Positions 27,411 to 43,050 of a DNA stretch of 64,000 nt are shown piece after piece. Location: the NCBI RefSeq assembly GCF_009914755.1, contig NC_060937.1; one strand, written 5' to 3'. The position numbers and the translations under genes are program-made. Each line of letters begins with the position of its first letter. The stretch's first letter is position 1. The notes below the pieces were generated by a model, which saw only the letters and a list, made by a program, of their open reading frames with translations, was not told where the DNA came from and made no database searches. This stretch comes from the human T2T-CHM13v2.0 reference genome, Homo sapiens.

Positions 27411-30400
27411 CCCAAATATATATTTTATACTATACATGAAATATCAAAGTTCACAAACCATATATTGTATACTGTACATAAAATATCAAAGTACCCAAGG
27501 TATATGTTCTATACTGTACAAAAAATATCAAAGTACCCAAAGCATGTATATTATATACTGTACATAAAATATGAAAGTACATGAAATATATATTTTATTC
27601 TGTACATAAAATATCAAAGTACACCAGATATATATTCTATAGTGTACATAAAATATCAAAGTACCCAAACTATACATTATATACAGTACATAAAATATGA
27701 AATTACATCAATATATATTATATTAGGTACATAAAATATGAAATTACATCAAATATAGATTATATACTGTACATAAAATATCAAAGTACCCCAAATATAT
27801 ATTATATACTCTACATGAAATATCAAAGTTCACAAACCATATATTATATACTGTACATAAAATATCAAAGTACCCAAGGTATATATTCTATAATGTACAA
27901 AAAATATCGAAGTACCCAAAGCGTGTATTATATACTGTACCTAAAATATGAAAGTACATCAAATATATATTTTATTCTGTACATAAAATATCAAAGTACA
28001 CCAGATATATATTCTATAGTGTACATAAAATATCAAAGTACCCAAACTATACATTATATACTGTACATAAAATATGAAATTACATCAAATATATATTATA
28101 TTAGGTACATAAAATATGAAAGTACATCAAATATAGATTATACACTGTACATAAAATATCAAAGTACCCCAAATATATATTATATACTCTACATGAAATA
28201 TCAAAGTTCACAAACTATATATTATATACTGTACATAAAATAAAGTCCCCAAGGAATATATTCTATACTGTAGAAAAAATATCAAAGTACCCAAAGCATG
28301 TATTATATACTGTATATAAAATATGAAAGTACATCAAATATATATTTTATTCTGTACATAATATATCAAAGTACACCAGATATATATTCTATAGTGTACA
28401 TAAAATAACAAATTACAAAAACTATAAATTATATACTGTACATAAAATATGAAATTACATCAAATATATATTAGGTACATAAAATATGAAAGTACATCAA
28501 ATATAGATTATATACTGTACATAAAATTTCAATGTACCCCAAATATATATTTTATACTCTACATGAAATATCAAAGTTCACAAACCATATATTATATACT
28601 GTACATAAAATATCAAAGTACCCAAGGTATATATTCTATACTATACAAAAAATATCAAAGTACCCAAAGCATGTATTATATACTGTACATACAATATGAA
28701 AGTACATCAAATATATATTTTATTCTGTACATAAAATATCAAAGTACACCAGATATATATTCTATAGTGTACATAAAATATCAAAGTACCCAAACTATAC
28801 ATTATACACTGTACATAAAATATGAAATTACATCAAATATATATTAGGTACATTAAATATGAAAGTACATCAAATATAGATTATATACTGTACATAAAAT
28901 ATCAAAGTACCCCAAATATATATTATATACTCTACATGAAATATCAAAGTTCACAAACTATATATTATATACTGTAAATAAAATATCAAAGTACCCAAGG
29001 TATATATTCTATACTGTACAAAAAATATCAAAGTACCCAAAGCATGTATTATATACTGTACATAAAATATGAAAGTACATCAAATATATATTTTATTCTG
29101 TACATAAAATATGAAATTTCATCAAATATATATTAGGTACATAAAATATGAAAGTACACCAAATATAGATTATATACTGTACATTAAATATCAATGTACC
29201 CCAAATATATATTTTATACTCTACATGGAATATCAAAGTTCACAAACCATATATTATATACTGTACATAAAATATCAAAGTACCCAAGGTATATATTCTA
29301 TACTGTGCAAAAAATATCAAAGTACCCAAAGCATGTATTATATACTGTACATAAAATATGAAATTACATCGAATATATATTTTATTCTGTACATAAAATA
29401 TCAAAGTAAACCAGATATATATTCTATAGTGTACATAAAACATCAAAGTACCCAAACTATACATTATATTCTGTACATAAAATATGAAATTACATCAAAA
29501 ATATATTAGGTACATAAAATATGAAAGTACATCAAATATAGATTATACACTGTACATAAAATATCAAAGTACCCCAAATATATATTATATACTCTACATG
29601 AAATATCAAAGTTCACAAACTATATATTATATACTGTACATAAAATATGAAATTACATCCAATATATTTTATATTAGGTACATAAAATATGAAAGTACAT
29701 CAAATATAGATTATATACTGTACATTAAATACCAAAGTACCCCAAATATATATTTTATTCTGTACATGAAATATCAAAGTTCACAAACTACATATTATAT
29801 ACTGTACATATAATATCAAAGTACCCAAGGTATATATTCTATACTGTACAAAAAATAACAAAGTACCAAAAGCATGTATAATATACTGTACATAAAATAT
29901 GAAAGTACATCAAATATATATTTTATTCTGTACATAAAATATCAAAGTACACCAGATATATATTCTATAGTGTACATAAAATATCAAAGTACCCAAACTA
30001 TACATTATATACTGTAAATAAAATATGAAATTACATCAAATATATTTTATATTAGGTACATAAAATATGAAAGTACATCAAATATAGATTATATACTGTA
30101 CATTGAATACCAAAGTACTCCAAATATATATTTTATACTGTACATGAAATATCAAAGTTCACAAACTATATATTATATACTGTACATAAATTATCAAAGT
30201 ACCCAAGTTATATATTCTATACTGTACAAAAAATATCAAAGTACCCAAAGCATGTATTATATACTGTACATAAAATATGAAAGTACATCAAATATATATT
30301 TTATTCTGTACATAATATATCAAAGTACACAAGATATATATTCTATAGTGTACATAAAATAACAAAGTACACAAACTATAAATTATATACTGTACATAAA

Positions 30401-33400
30401 ATATGAAATTACATCAAATATATATTAGGTACATAAAATATGAAAGTACATCAAATATAGATTATATACTGTACAAATAATATCAATGTACCCCAAATAT
30501 ATATTTTATACTCTACATGAAATATCAAAGTTCACAAACTATACATTAAATACTGTACATAAAATATCAAAGTACCCAAGGTATATAATCTATACTGTAC
30601 AAAAAATATCAAAGTACCCAAAGCATATGTTATATACTGTACATAAAATATGAAAGTACATCAAATATATATTTTATTCTGTACATAAAATATCAAAGTA
30701 CACCAGATATATATTCTATAGTGTACATAAAATATCAAAGTACCCAAACTATACATTATATACTGTACATAAAATTTGAAATTACATCAAATATATATTA
30801 GGTACATTAAATATGAAAGTACATCAAATATAGATTATATACTGTACATAAAATATCAAAGTACCCCAAATATATATTATATACTCTACATGAAATATCA
30901 AAGTTCACAAACTATATATTATATACTGTACATAAAATATCAAAGTACCCAAGGTATATATTCTATACTGTACAAAAAATATCAAAGTACCCAAAGCAGG
31001 TATTATATACTGTACATAAAATATGAAAGTACATCAAATATATATTTTATTCTGTACATAAAATATCAAAGTACACCAGATATGTATTCTATACTGTACA
31101 TAAAATAACAAAGTACACAAACTATAAATTATATACTGTACATAAAATATGAAATTACATCAAATATATATTAGGTACCTAAAATATGAAAGTACATCAG
31201 ATATAGATTATATACTGTACATAAAATATCAATGTACCCCAAATATATATTTTATACTCTACATGAAATATCAAAGTTCACAAACCATATATTATATACT
31301 GTACATAAAATATCAAAGTACCCAAGGTGTATATTCTATACTGTACAAAAAATATCAAAGTACCCAAAGCATGTATTATATACTGTACATAAAATATGAA
31401 AGTACATCAAATATATATTTTATTCTGTACATAAAATATCAAAGTACACCAGATATATATTCTATAGTGTACATAAAATATCAAAGTACCCAAACTATTT
31501 ATTATATACTGTACATAAAATATGAAATTACATCAAATATATATTATATTAGGTACATAAAATATGAAAGTACATCAAATATAGATTATATACTGTACAT
31601 GAAATACCAAAGTACCCCAAATATATATTTTATACGGTACATGAAATATCAAAGTTCACAAACTATATATTATATACTGTATATAAAATATCAAAGTATC
31701 CAAGGTATATATTCTATACTGTACAAAAAATATCAAAGTACCCAAAGCATGTATTATATACTGTACATAAAATATGAAAGTACATCAAATATATATTTTA
31801 TTCTGTACATAAAATATCAAAGTACACCAGATATATATTCTATAGTGTACATAAAATATCAAAGTACCCAAACTATACATTATATACTGTACATAAAATA
31901 TGAAATTACATCAAATTTATATTAGGTACATAAAATATGAAAGTACATCAAATATAGATTATATACTGTACATAAAATATCAAAGTACCCCAAATATATA
32001 TTATATACTCTACATGAAATATCAAAGTTCACAAACCATATATTGTATACTGTACATAAAATATCAAAGTACCCAAGGTATATATTCTATACTGTACAAA
32101 AAATATCAAAGTACCCAAAGCGTGTATTATATACTGTATATAAAATATGAAAGTACATCAAATATATATTTTATTCTGTACATAATATATCAAAGTACAC
32201 CAGATATATATTCTACAGTGTACATAAAATATAAAAGTACCAAAACTATACATTATATACTGTACATAAAATATGAAATTACATGAAATATATATTATAT
32301 TAGTTACATAAAATATGAAAGTACATCAAATATAGATTATATACTGTACATTAAATACCAAAGTACCCCAAATATATATTTTATACTGTACATGAAATAT
32401 CAAAGTTCACAAACTATATATTATATACTGTACATAAAATATCAAAGTACCCAAGGTATATATTCTATACTGTACAAAAAATATCAAAGTACCCAAAGCA
32501 TGTATTATATACTGTACCTAAAATATGAAAGTACATCAAATATATATTTTATTCTGTACATAAAATATCAAAGTACACCAGATATATATTCTATTGTGTA
32601 CATAAAATATCAAAGTACCCAAACTATACATTATTTACTGTACATAAAATATGAAATTACATCAAATATATATTATATTAGGTACATAAAATATGAAAGT
32701 ACATCAAATATAGATTATACACTGTACATAAAATATCAAAGTATCCCAAATATATATTATATACTCTACATGAAATATCAAAGTTCACAAACTATATATT
32801 ATATACTGTACATAAAATAAAGTCCCCAAGGTATATATTCTATACTGTAGAAAAAATATCAAAGTACCCAAAGCATGTATTATATACTGTATATAAAATA
32901 TGAAAGTACATCAAATATATATTTTATTCTGTACATAAAATATCAAAGTACACCAGATATATATTCTATAGTGTACATAAAATATCAAAGTACCCAAACT
33001 ATACATTATATACTGTACATAAAATATGAAATTACATCAAATATATATTAGGTACATAAAATATGAAAGTACATCAAATATAGGTTATATACTGTACATA
33101 AAATATCAAAGTACACCAAATATATATTATATACTCTACATGAAATATCAAAGTTCACAAACTATATATTATATACTGTACATAAAATATCAAAGTACCA
33201 AAGGTGTATATTCTATACTGTACAAAAGATATCAAAGTACCCAAAGCATGTATTATATACTGTACATAAAATATGAAAGTACATCAAATATATATTTTAT
33301 TCTGTACATAAAATATCAAAGTACACCAGATATATATTCTATAGTGTACATAAAATATCAAAGTACCCAAACTATTTATTATATACTGTACATAAAATAT

Positions 33401-36400
33401 GAAATTACATCAAATATATATTATATTAGGTACATAAAATATGAACGTACATCAAATATAGATTATATGCTGTATATTAAATACCAAAGTACCCCAAATA
33501 TATATTTTATACTGTACATGAAATCTCAAAGTTAACAAACTATATATTATATACTGTACATAAAATATCAAAGTACCCAAGGTATATATTCTATACTGTA
33601 CAAAAAATATCAAAGTACCCAAAGCACGTATTATATACTGTACATAAAATATGAAAGTACATCATATATATATTTTATTCTGTACATAAAATATCAATGT
33701 ACACCAGATATATATTCTATAGTGTACATAAAATATCAAAGTACCCAAACTATACATTATATACTGTACATAATATATGAGATTACATCAAATATATATT
33801 ATATTAGGTAGAAAAAATATGAAAGTACATCAAATATAGATTATATACTGTACATAAAATATCAAAGTACACCAAATATATATCATATACTCTACATGAA
33901 ATATCAAAGTTCACAAACTATATATTATATACTGTACATAAAATATCAAAGTACCCAAGGTATATATTCTATACTGTACAAAAAATATCAAAGTACGCAA
34001 AGCATGTATTATATACTGTACATAAAATATGAAAGTACATTAAATATATATTTTATTCTTTACATAAAATATCAAAGTACACCAGATATATATTCTATAG
34101 TGTACATAAAATAACAAAGTACACAAACTATAAATTATATGCTGTACATAAAATATGAAATTACATCAAATATATATTAGGTAAATAAAATATGAAAGTA
34201 CATCAAATATATATTTTATTCTGTACATAAAATATCAAAGTACACCAGATATATATTCTATAGTGTACATAAAATATCAAAGTACCCAAACTATACATTA
34301 AATACTGTACATAAAATATGAAAATACATCAAATATATTTTATATTAGGTACATAAAATATGAAAGTACATCAAATATAGATTATATACTGTACATAAAA
34401 TATCAAAGTACCCCAAATATATATTATATACTCTACATGAAATATCAAAGTTCACAAACTATATATTATATACTGTACATAAAATATCAAAGTCCCCAAG
34501 GTATATATTCCATACTGCACAAAAAATATCAAAGTACCCAAAGCATGTATTATAAACTGTACATAAAATATGAAAGTACATCAAATATATATTTTATTCT
34601 GTACATAAAATATCAAAGTACACCAGATATATATTCTATAGTGTAGATAAAATATCAAAGTACCCAAACTATACATTATATACTGTACATAAAATATGAA
34701 ATTACATCAAATATATATTAGGTCCATAAAATATGAAAGTACATCTAATATAGATTATATACTGTACATAAAATATCAATGTACCCCAAATATATATTTT
34801 ATACTCTACATGAAATATCAAGGTTCAGAAACCATATATGGTATACTGTACATAAAATATCAAAATACCCAAGGTATATATTCTATACTGTACAAAAAAT
34901 ATCAAAGTACCCAAAGCATGTATTATACACTGTACATAAAATATGAAAGTAGATCAAATATATATTTTATTCTGTACATAAAATATCAAAGTACACCAGT
35001 TATATATTCTATAGTGTACATAAAATATCAAAGTACCCAAACTATACATTATATACTGTACATAAAATATGAAATTACATCAAATATATATTAGGTACAT
35101 AAAATATGAAAGTACATCAAATATAGATTATATACTGTACATAAAATATCAAAGTACCCCAAATATATATTATATACTCTACATGAAATATCAAAGTTCA
35201 CAAACTATATATTATATACTGTACATAAAATATCAAAGTACCCAAGGTATATATTCTATACTGCACAAAAAATATCAAAGTACCCAAAGCATGTATTATA
35301 AACTGTACATAAAATATGAAAGTACATCAAATATATATTTTATTCTGTACATAAAATATAAAAGTACACCAGATATATATTCTATAGTGTACATAAAATA
35401 TCAAAGTACCCAAACTATACATTATATACTGTACATAAAATATGAAATTACATCAAATATATATTAGGTACATAAAATATGAAAGTACATCTAATATAGA
35501 TTATATACTGTACATAAAATATCAATGTACCCCAAATATATATTTTATACTCTACACGAAATATCAAAGTTCAGAAAGCATATATTGTATACTGTACATA
35601 AAATATCAAAATACCCAAGGTATATATTCTATACTGTACAAAAAATATCAAAGTACCCAAAGCATGTATTATATACTGTACATAAAATATGAAAGTACAT
35701 CAAATATATATTTTATTCTGTACATAAAATATCAAAGTACACAAGTTATATATTCTATAGTGTACATAAAATATCAAAGTACCCAAACTATACATTATAT
35801 ACTGTACATAAAATATGAGATTACATCAAATATATATTATATTAGGTACAAAAAATATGAAAGTACATCAAATATAGATTATATACTGTACATAAAATAT
35901 CAAAGTACCCCAAATATATATTATATACTCTACATGAAATATCAAAGTTCACAAACTATATATTATATACTGTACATAAAATATCAAAGTACCCAACGTA
36001 TATATTCTATACTGTACAAAAAATATCAAAGTACGCAAAGCATGTATTATATACTGTATATAAAATATGAAAGTACATTAAATATATATTTTATTCTGTA
36101 CATAAAATATCAAAGTACACCAGATATATATTCTATAGTGTACATAAAATAACAAAGTACACAAACTATAAATTATATACTGTACATAAAATATGAAATT
36201 ACATCAAATATATATTAGGTAAATAAAATATGAAAGTAAATGAAATATAGATTATATACTGTACATATAATATCAATGTACCACAAATATATATTTTATA
36301 CTCTACATGAAATATCAAAGTTCACAAACCATATATTATATACTGTACATAAAATATCAAAGTACCCAAGGTATATATTCTATACTGTACAAAAAATATC

Positions 36401-36989
36401 AAAGTACCCAAAGCATGTATTATATACTGTACATAAAATATGAAAGTACATCAAATATATATTTTATTCTGTACATAAAATATCAAAGTACACCAGATAT
36501 ATATTCTATAGTGTACATAAAATATCAAAGTACCCAAACTATACATTATATACGGTACATAAAATATGAAATTACATCAAATATATTTTATATTAGGTAC
36601 ATAAAATATGAAAGTACATCAAATATAGATTATATACTGTACATAAAATATCAAAGTACCCCAAATATATATTATATACTCTACATGAAATATCAAAGTT
36701 CACAAACTATATATTATATACTGTACATAAAATATCAAAGTACCCAAGGTATATATTCTATACTGCACAAAAAATATCAAAGTACCCAAAGCATGTATTA
36801 TAAACTGTACATAAAATATGAAAGTACATCAAATATATATTTTATTCTGTACATAAAATATCAAAGTACACCAGATATATATTCTATAGTGTACATAAAA
36901 TATCAAAGTACCCAAACTATACATTATATACTGTACATAAAATATGAAATTACATCAAATATATATTAGGTACATAAAATATGAAAGTA

Positions 36990-39900
36990 CATCTAATATA
37001 GATTATATACTGTACATAAAATATCAATGTACCCCAAATATATATTTTATACTCTACATGAAATATCAAAGTTCACAAACCATATATTATATACTGTACA
37101 TAAAATATCAAAGTACCCAAGGTATATATTCTATACTGTACAAAAAATATCAAAGTACACAAAGCATGTATTATATACTGTACATAAAATATGAAAGTAC
37201 ATCAAATATATATTTTATTCTGTACATAAAATATCAAAGTACACCAGATATATATACTATAGTGTACATAAAATATCAAAGTACCCAAACTATACATTAT
37301 ACACTGTACATAAAATATGAAATTACATCAAATATATATTATATTAGGTACATAAAATATGAAAGCACATCAAATATAGATTATATACTGAACATTAAAT
37401 ACCAAAGTACCCCAAATATATATTTTATACTGTACATCAAATATCAAAGTTCACAAACTATATATTATATACTCTACATAAAATATCAAAGTACCCATGG
37501 TATATATTCTATACTGTACAAAAAATATCAAAGTACCCAAAGCATGTATTATATACTGTACATAAAATATGAAAGTACATCAAATATATATTTTATTCTG
37601 TATATAAAATATCAAAGTACACCAGATATATATTCTATAGTGTACATAAAATATCAAAGTACCCAAACTATACATTATATACTGTACATAAAATATGAAA
37701 TTACATCAAATATATATTATATTAGGTACATAAAATATGAAAGTACATCAAATATAGATTATATACTGTACATAAAACATCAAAGTACCCCAAATATATA
37801 TTATATACTCTACATGAAATATCAAAGTTCACAAACTATATATTATATACTGTACATAAAATATCAAAGTACCCAAGGTATATATTCTATACTGTACAAA
37901 AAATATCAAAGTACCCAAAGCATGTATTATATACTGTACATAAAATATGAAAGTACATCAAATATATATTTTATTCTGTACATAAAATATCAAAGTACAC
38001 CAGATATATATTCTATAGTGTACATAAAATAACAAAGTACACAAACTATAAAGTATATACTGTACATAAAATATGCAATTACATCAAATATATTTTAGGT
38101 ACATAAAATATGAAAGTACATCAAATATAGATTATATACTGTACATATAATATCAATGTACCCCAAATATATATTTTATACTCTACATGAAATATCAAAG
38201 TTCACAAACCATACATTATATACTGTACATAAAATATCAAAGTACCCAAGGTATATATTCTATACTGTACAAAAAATATCAAAGTACCCAAACCATGTAT
38301 TATATACTGTACATAAAATATGAAAGTACATCAAATATATATTTTATTCTGTACATAAAATATCAAAGTACACCAGATATATATTCTATAGTGTACATCA
38401 AATATCAAAGTTCACAAACTATATATTATATACTGTACATAAAATATCAAAGTACCCATGGTATATATTCTATACTGTACAAAAAATATCAAAGTACCCA
38501 AAGCATGTATTATATACTGTACATAAAATATGAAAGTACATCAAATATATATTTTATTCTGTATATAAAATATCAAAGTACACCAGATATATATTCTATA
38601 GTGTACATCAAATATCAAAGTTCACAAACTATATATTATATACTGTACATAAAATATCAAAGTACCCATGGTATATATTCTATACTGTACAAAAAATATC
38701 AAAGTACCCAAAGCATGTATTATATACTGTACATAAAATATGAAAGTACATCAAATATATATTTTATTCTGTATATAAAATATCAAAGTACACCAGATAT
38801 ATATTCTATAGTGTACATAAAATATCAAAGTACCCAAACTATACATTATATACTGTACATAAAATATGAAATTACATCAAATATATATTAGGTACTTAAA
38901 ATATGAAAGTACATCAAATATAGATTATATAGTGTACATAAAATATCAAAGTACCCCAAATATATATTATATACTCTACATGAAATATCAAAGTTCACAA
39001 ACTATATATTATATACTGTAAATAAAATATCAAAATTCCCAAGGTATATATTCTATACTGTACAAAAAATATCAAAGTACCCAAAGCATGTATTATATAC
39101 TGTATATAAAATATGAAAGTACATCAAATATATATTTTATTCTGTACATAAAATATCAAAGTACACCAGATATGTATTCTATAGTGTACATAAAATAACA
39201 AAGTACACAAACTATAAATTATATACTGTACATAAAATATGAAATTACATCAAATATATTAGGTACATAAAATATGAAAGTACATCAAATATAGATTATA
39301 TACTGTACATAAAATATCAATGTACCCCAAATATATATTTTATACTCTACATGAAATATCAAAGTTCACAAACCATATATTATATACTGTACATAAAATA
39401 TCAAAGTACCCAAGGTATATATTCTATACTGTACAAAAAATATCAAAGTACTCAAAGCATGTATTATATACTGTACATAAAATATGAAAGTACATCAAAT
39501 ATATATTTTATTCTGTACATAAAATATCAAAGTACACCAGATATATATTCTATAGTGTACATAAAATATCAAAGTACCCAAACTATACATTATACACTGT
39601 ACATAAAATATGAAATTACATCACATATATATTATATTAGGTACATAAAATATGAAAGCACATCAAATATAGATTATATACTGTACATTAAATACCAAAG
39701 TACCCCAAATATATATTTTATACTGTACATCAAAATCAAAGTTCACAAACTATATATTATATACTGTACATAAAATATCAAAATATCCATGGTATATATT
39801 CTATACTGTACAAAAAATATCAAAGTACCCAAAGCATGTATTATATACTGTACATAAAATATGAAAGTACATCAAATATATATTTTATTCTGTACATAAA

Positions 39901-42900
39901 ATATCAAAGTACACCAGATATATATTCTATAGTGTACATAAAATATCAAAGTACCCAAACTATACATTATATACTGTACATAAAATATGAAATTACATCA
40001 AATATATATTATATTAGGTACATAAAATATGAAAGTACATCAAATATAGATTATATACTGTACATAAAATATCAAAGTACCCCAAATATATATTATATAC
40101 TCTACATGAAATATCAAAGTTCACAAACTATATATTATATACTGTACATAAAATATAAAAGTACCCAAGGTATATATTCTATACTGTACAAAAAATATCA
40201 AAGTACCCAAAGCATGTATTATATACTGTATATAAAATATGAAAGTACATTAAATATATATTTTATTCTGTTTATAAAATATCAAAGTACACCAGATATA
40301 TATTCTATAGTGTACATAAAATAACAAAGTACACAAACTATAAATTATATACTGTACATAAAATATGAAATTACATCAAATATATACTAGGTACATAAAA
40401 TATGAAAGTATATCAAATATAGATTATATACTGTACATATAATATCAATGTACCCCAAATATATATTTTATACTCTACATGAAATATCAAAGTTCACAAA
40501 CCATACATTATATACTGTACATAAAATATCAAAGTACCCAAGGTATATATTCTACACTGTACAAAAAATATCAAAGTACCCAAAGCATGTATTATATACT
40601 GTACATAAAATATGAAAGTACATCAAATATATATTTTATTCTGTACATAAAATATCAAGGTACACCAGATATATATTCTATAGTGTACATAAAATATCAA
40701 AGTACCCAAACTATACATTATATACTGTACATAAAATATGAAATTACATCAAATATATATTAAGTACATAAAATATGAAAGTACATCAAATATAGATTAT
40801 ATACTGTACATAAAATATCAATGTACCCCAAATATATATTTTATACTCTACATGAAATATCAAATTTCACAAACCATATATTATATACTGTACATAAATA
40901 TCAAAGTACCCAAGGTATATATTCTATACTGTACAAAAAATATCAAAGTACCCAAAGCATGTATTATATACTGTACATAAAATATGAAAGTACATCAAAT
41001 ATATATTTTATTCTGTACATAAAATATCAAAGTACACCAGATATATATTCTATAGTGTACATAAAATATCAAAGTACTCAAACTATACATTATATACTTT
41101 ACATAAAATATGAAATTACATCAAATATATATTAGGTACATAAAATATGAAAGTACATCAAATATAGATTATATACTGTACATAAAATATCAAAGTACCC
41201 CAAATATATATTATATACTCTACATGAAATATCAAAGTTCACAAACTATATATTATATACTGTAAATAAAATATCAAAATACCCAAGGTATATATTCTAT
41301 ACTGTACAAAAAATATCAAAGTACCCAAAGCATGTATTATATACTGTACATAAAATATGAAAGTACATCAAATATATATTTTATTCTGTACATAAAATAA
41401 TAAAGTACACCAGATATATATTCTATAGTGTACATAAAATATCAAAGTACCCAAACTATACATTATATACTGTACATAAAATATGAGATTACATCAAATA
41501 TATATTATATTAGGTACATAAAATATGAAAGTACATCAAATATAGATTACATACTGTACATAAAATATCAAAGTACCCCAAATATATATTATATACTCTA
41601 CATGAAATATCAAAGTTCACAAACTATATATTATATACTGTACATAAAATATCAAAGTACCCAAGGTATATATTCTATACTGTACAAAAAATATCAAAGT
41701 ACCCAAAGCATGTATTATATACTGTATATAAAATATGAAAGTACATTAAATATATATTTTATTCTGTACATAAAATATCAAAGTACACCAGATATATATT
41801 CTATAGTGTACATAAAATAACAAAGTACACAAACTATAAATTATATACTGTACATATAATATGAAATTACATCAAATATATATTAGGTACATAAAATATG
41901 AAAGTGCATCAAATATAGATTATATACTGTACATAAAATATCAATGTACCCCAAATATATATTTTATACTCTACGTGAAATATCGAAGTTCACAAACCAT
42001 ATATTATATACTGTACATAAAATATCAAAGTACCCAAGGTATATATTCTATACTGTACAAAAAATATCAAAGTACACAAAGCATGTATTATATACTGTAC
42101 ATAAAATATGAAAGTACATCAAATATATATTTTATTCTGTACATAAAATATCAAAGTACACCAGATATATATTCTATAGTGTACATAAAATATCAAAGTA
42201 CCCAAACTATACATTATACACTGTACATAAAATATGAAATTACATCAAATATATATTATATTAGGTACATAAAATATGAAAGCACATCAAATATAGATTA
42301 TATACTGAACATTAAATACCAAAGTACCCCAAATATATATTTTATACTGTACATCAAATATCAAAGTTCACAAACTATATATTATATACTCTACATAAAA
42401 TATCAAAGTACCCATGGTATATATTCTATACTGTACAAAAAATATCAAAGTACCCAAAGCATGTATTATATAGTGTACATAAAATATGAAAGTACATCAA
42501 ATATATATTTTATTCTGTATATAAAATATCAAAGTACACCAGATATATATTCTATAGTGTACATAAAATATCAAAATACCCAAACTATACATTATATACT
42601 GTACATAAAATATGAAATTACATCAAATATATATTATATTAGGTACATAAAATATGAAAGTATATCAAACATAGATTATATACTGTACATAAAACATCAA
42701 AGTACCCCAAATATATATTATATACTCTACATGAAATATCAAAGTTCACAAACTATATATTATATACTGTACATAAAATATCAAAGTACCCAAGGTATAT
42801 ATTCTATACTGTACAAAAAATATCAAAGTACCCAAAGCATGTATTATATACTGTACATAAAATATGAAAGTACATCAAATATATATTTTATTCTGTACAT

Positions 42901-43050
42901 AAAATATCAAAGTACACCAGATATATATTCTATAGTGTACATAAAATAACAAAGTACACAAACTATAAATTATATACTGTACATAAAATATGCAATTACA
43001 TCAAATATATTTTAGGTACATAAAATATGAAAGTACATCAAATATAGATT
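36990..43050 (+). repeat. Dispersed duplication of about 1.1 kb: ~36,990-38,130 and ~41,900-43,050 (offset 4,917)
   Basis: Two 362-aa ORFs at 36944 and 41861 share CTGAACATTAAA, CCATGG (37495/42412), ATAAAACATC and ATGCAATTAC...TATTTTAGG (38073/42990). Confidence 0.85.
38395..38815 (+). repeat. 210-bp (5-monomer E-F-G-H-I) tandem duplication
   Basis: GTGTACATCAAATATCAAAGTTC occurs at 38391 and 38601, CCATGG at 38456 and 38666, and GTATATAAAA at 38561 and 38771. The two copies read as identical by eye. Confidence 0.9.
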
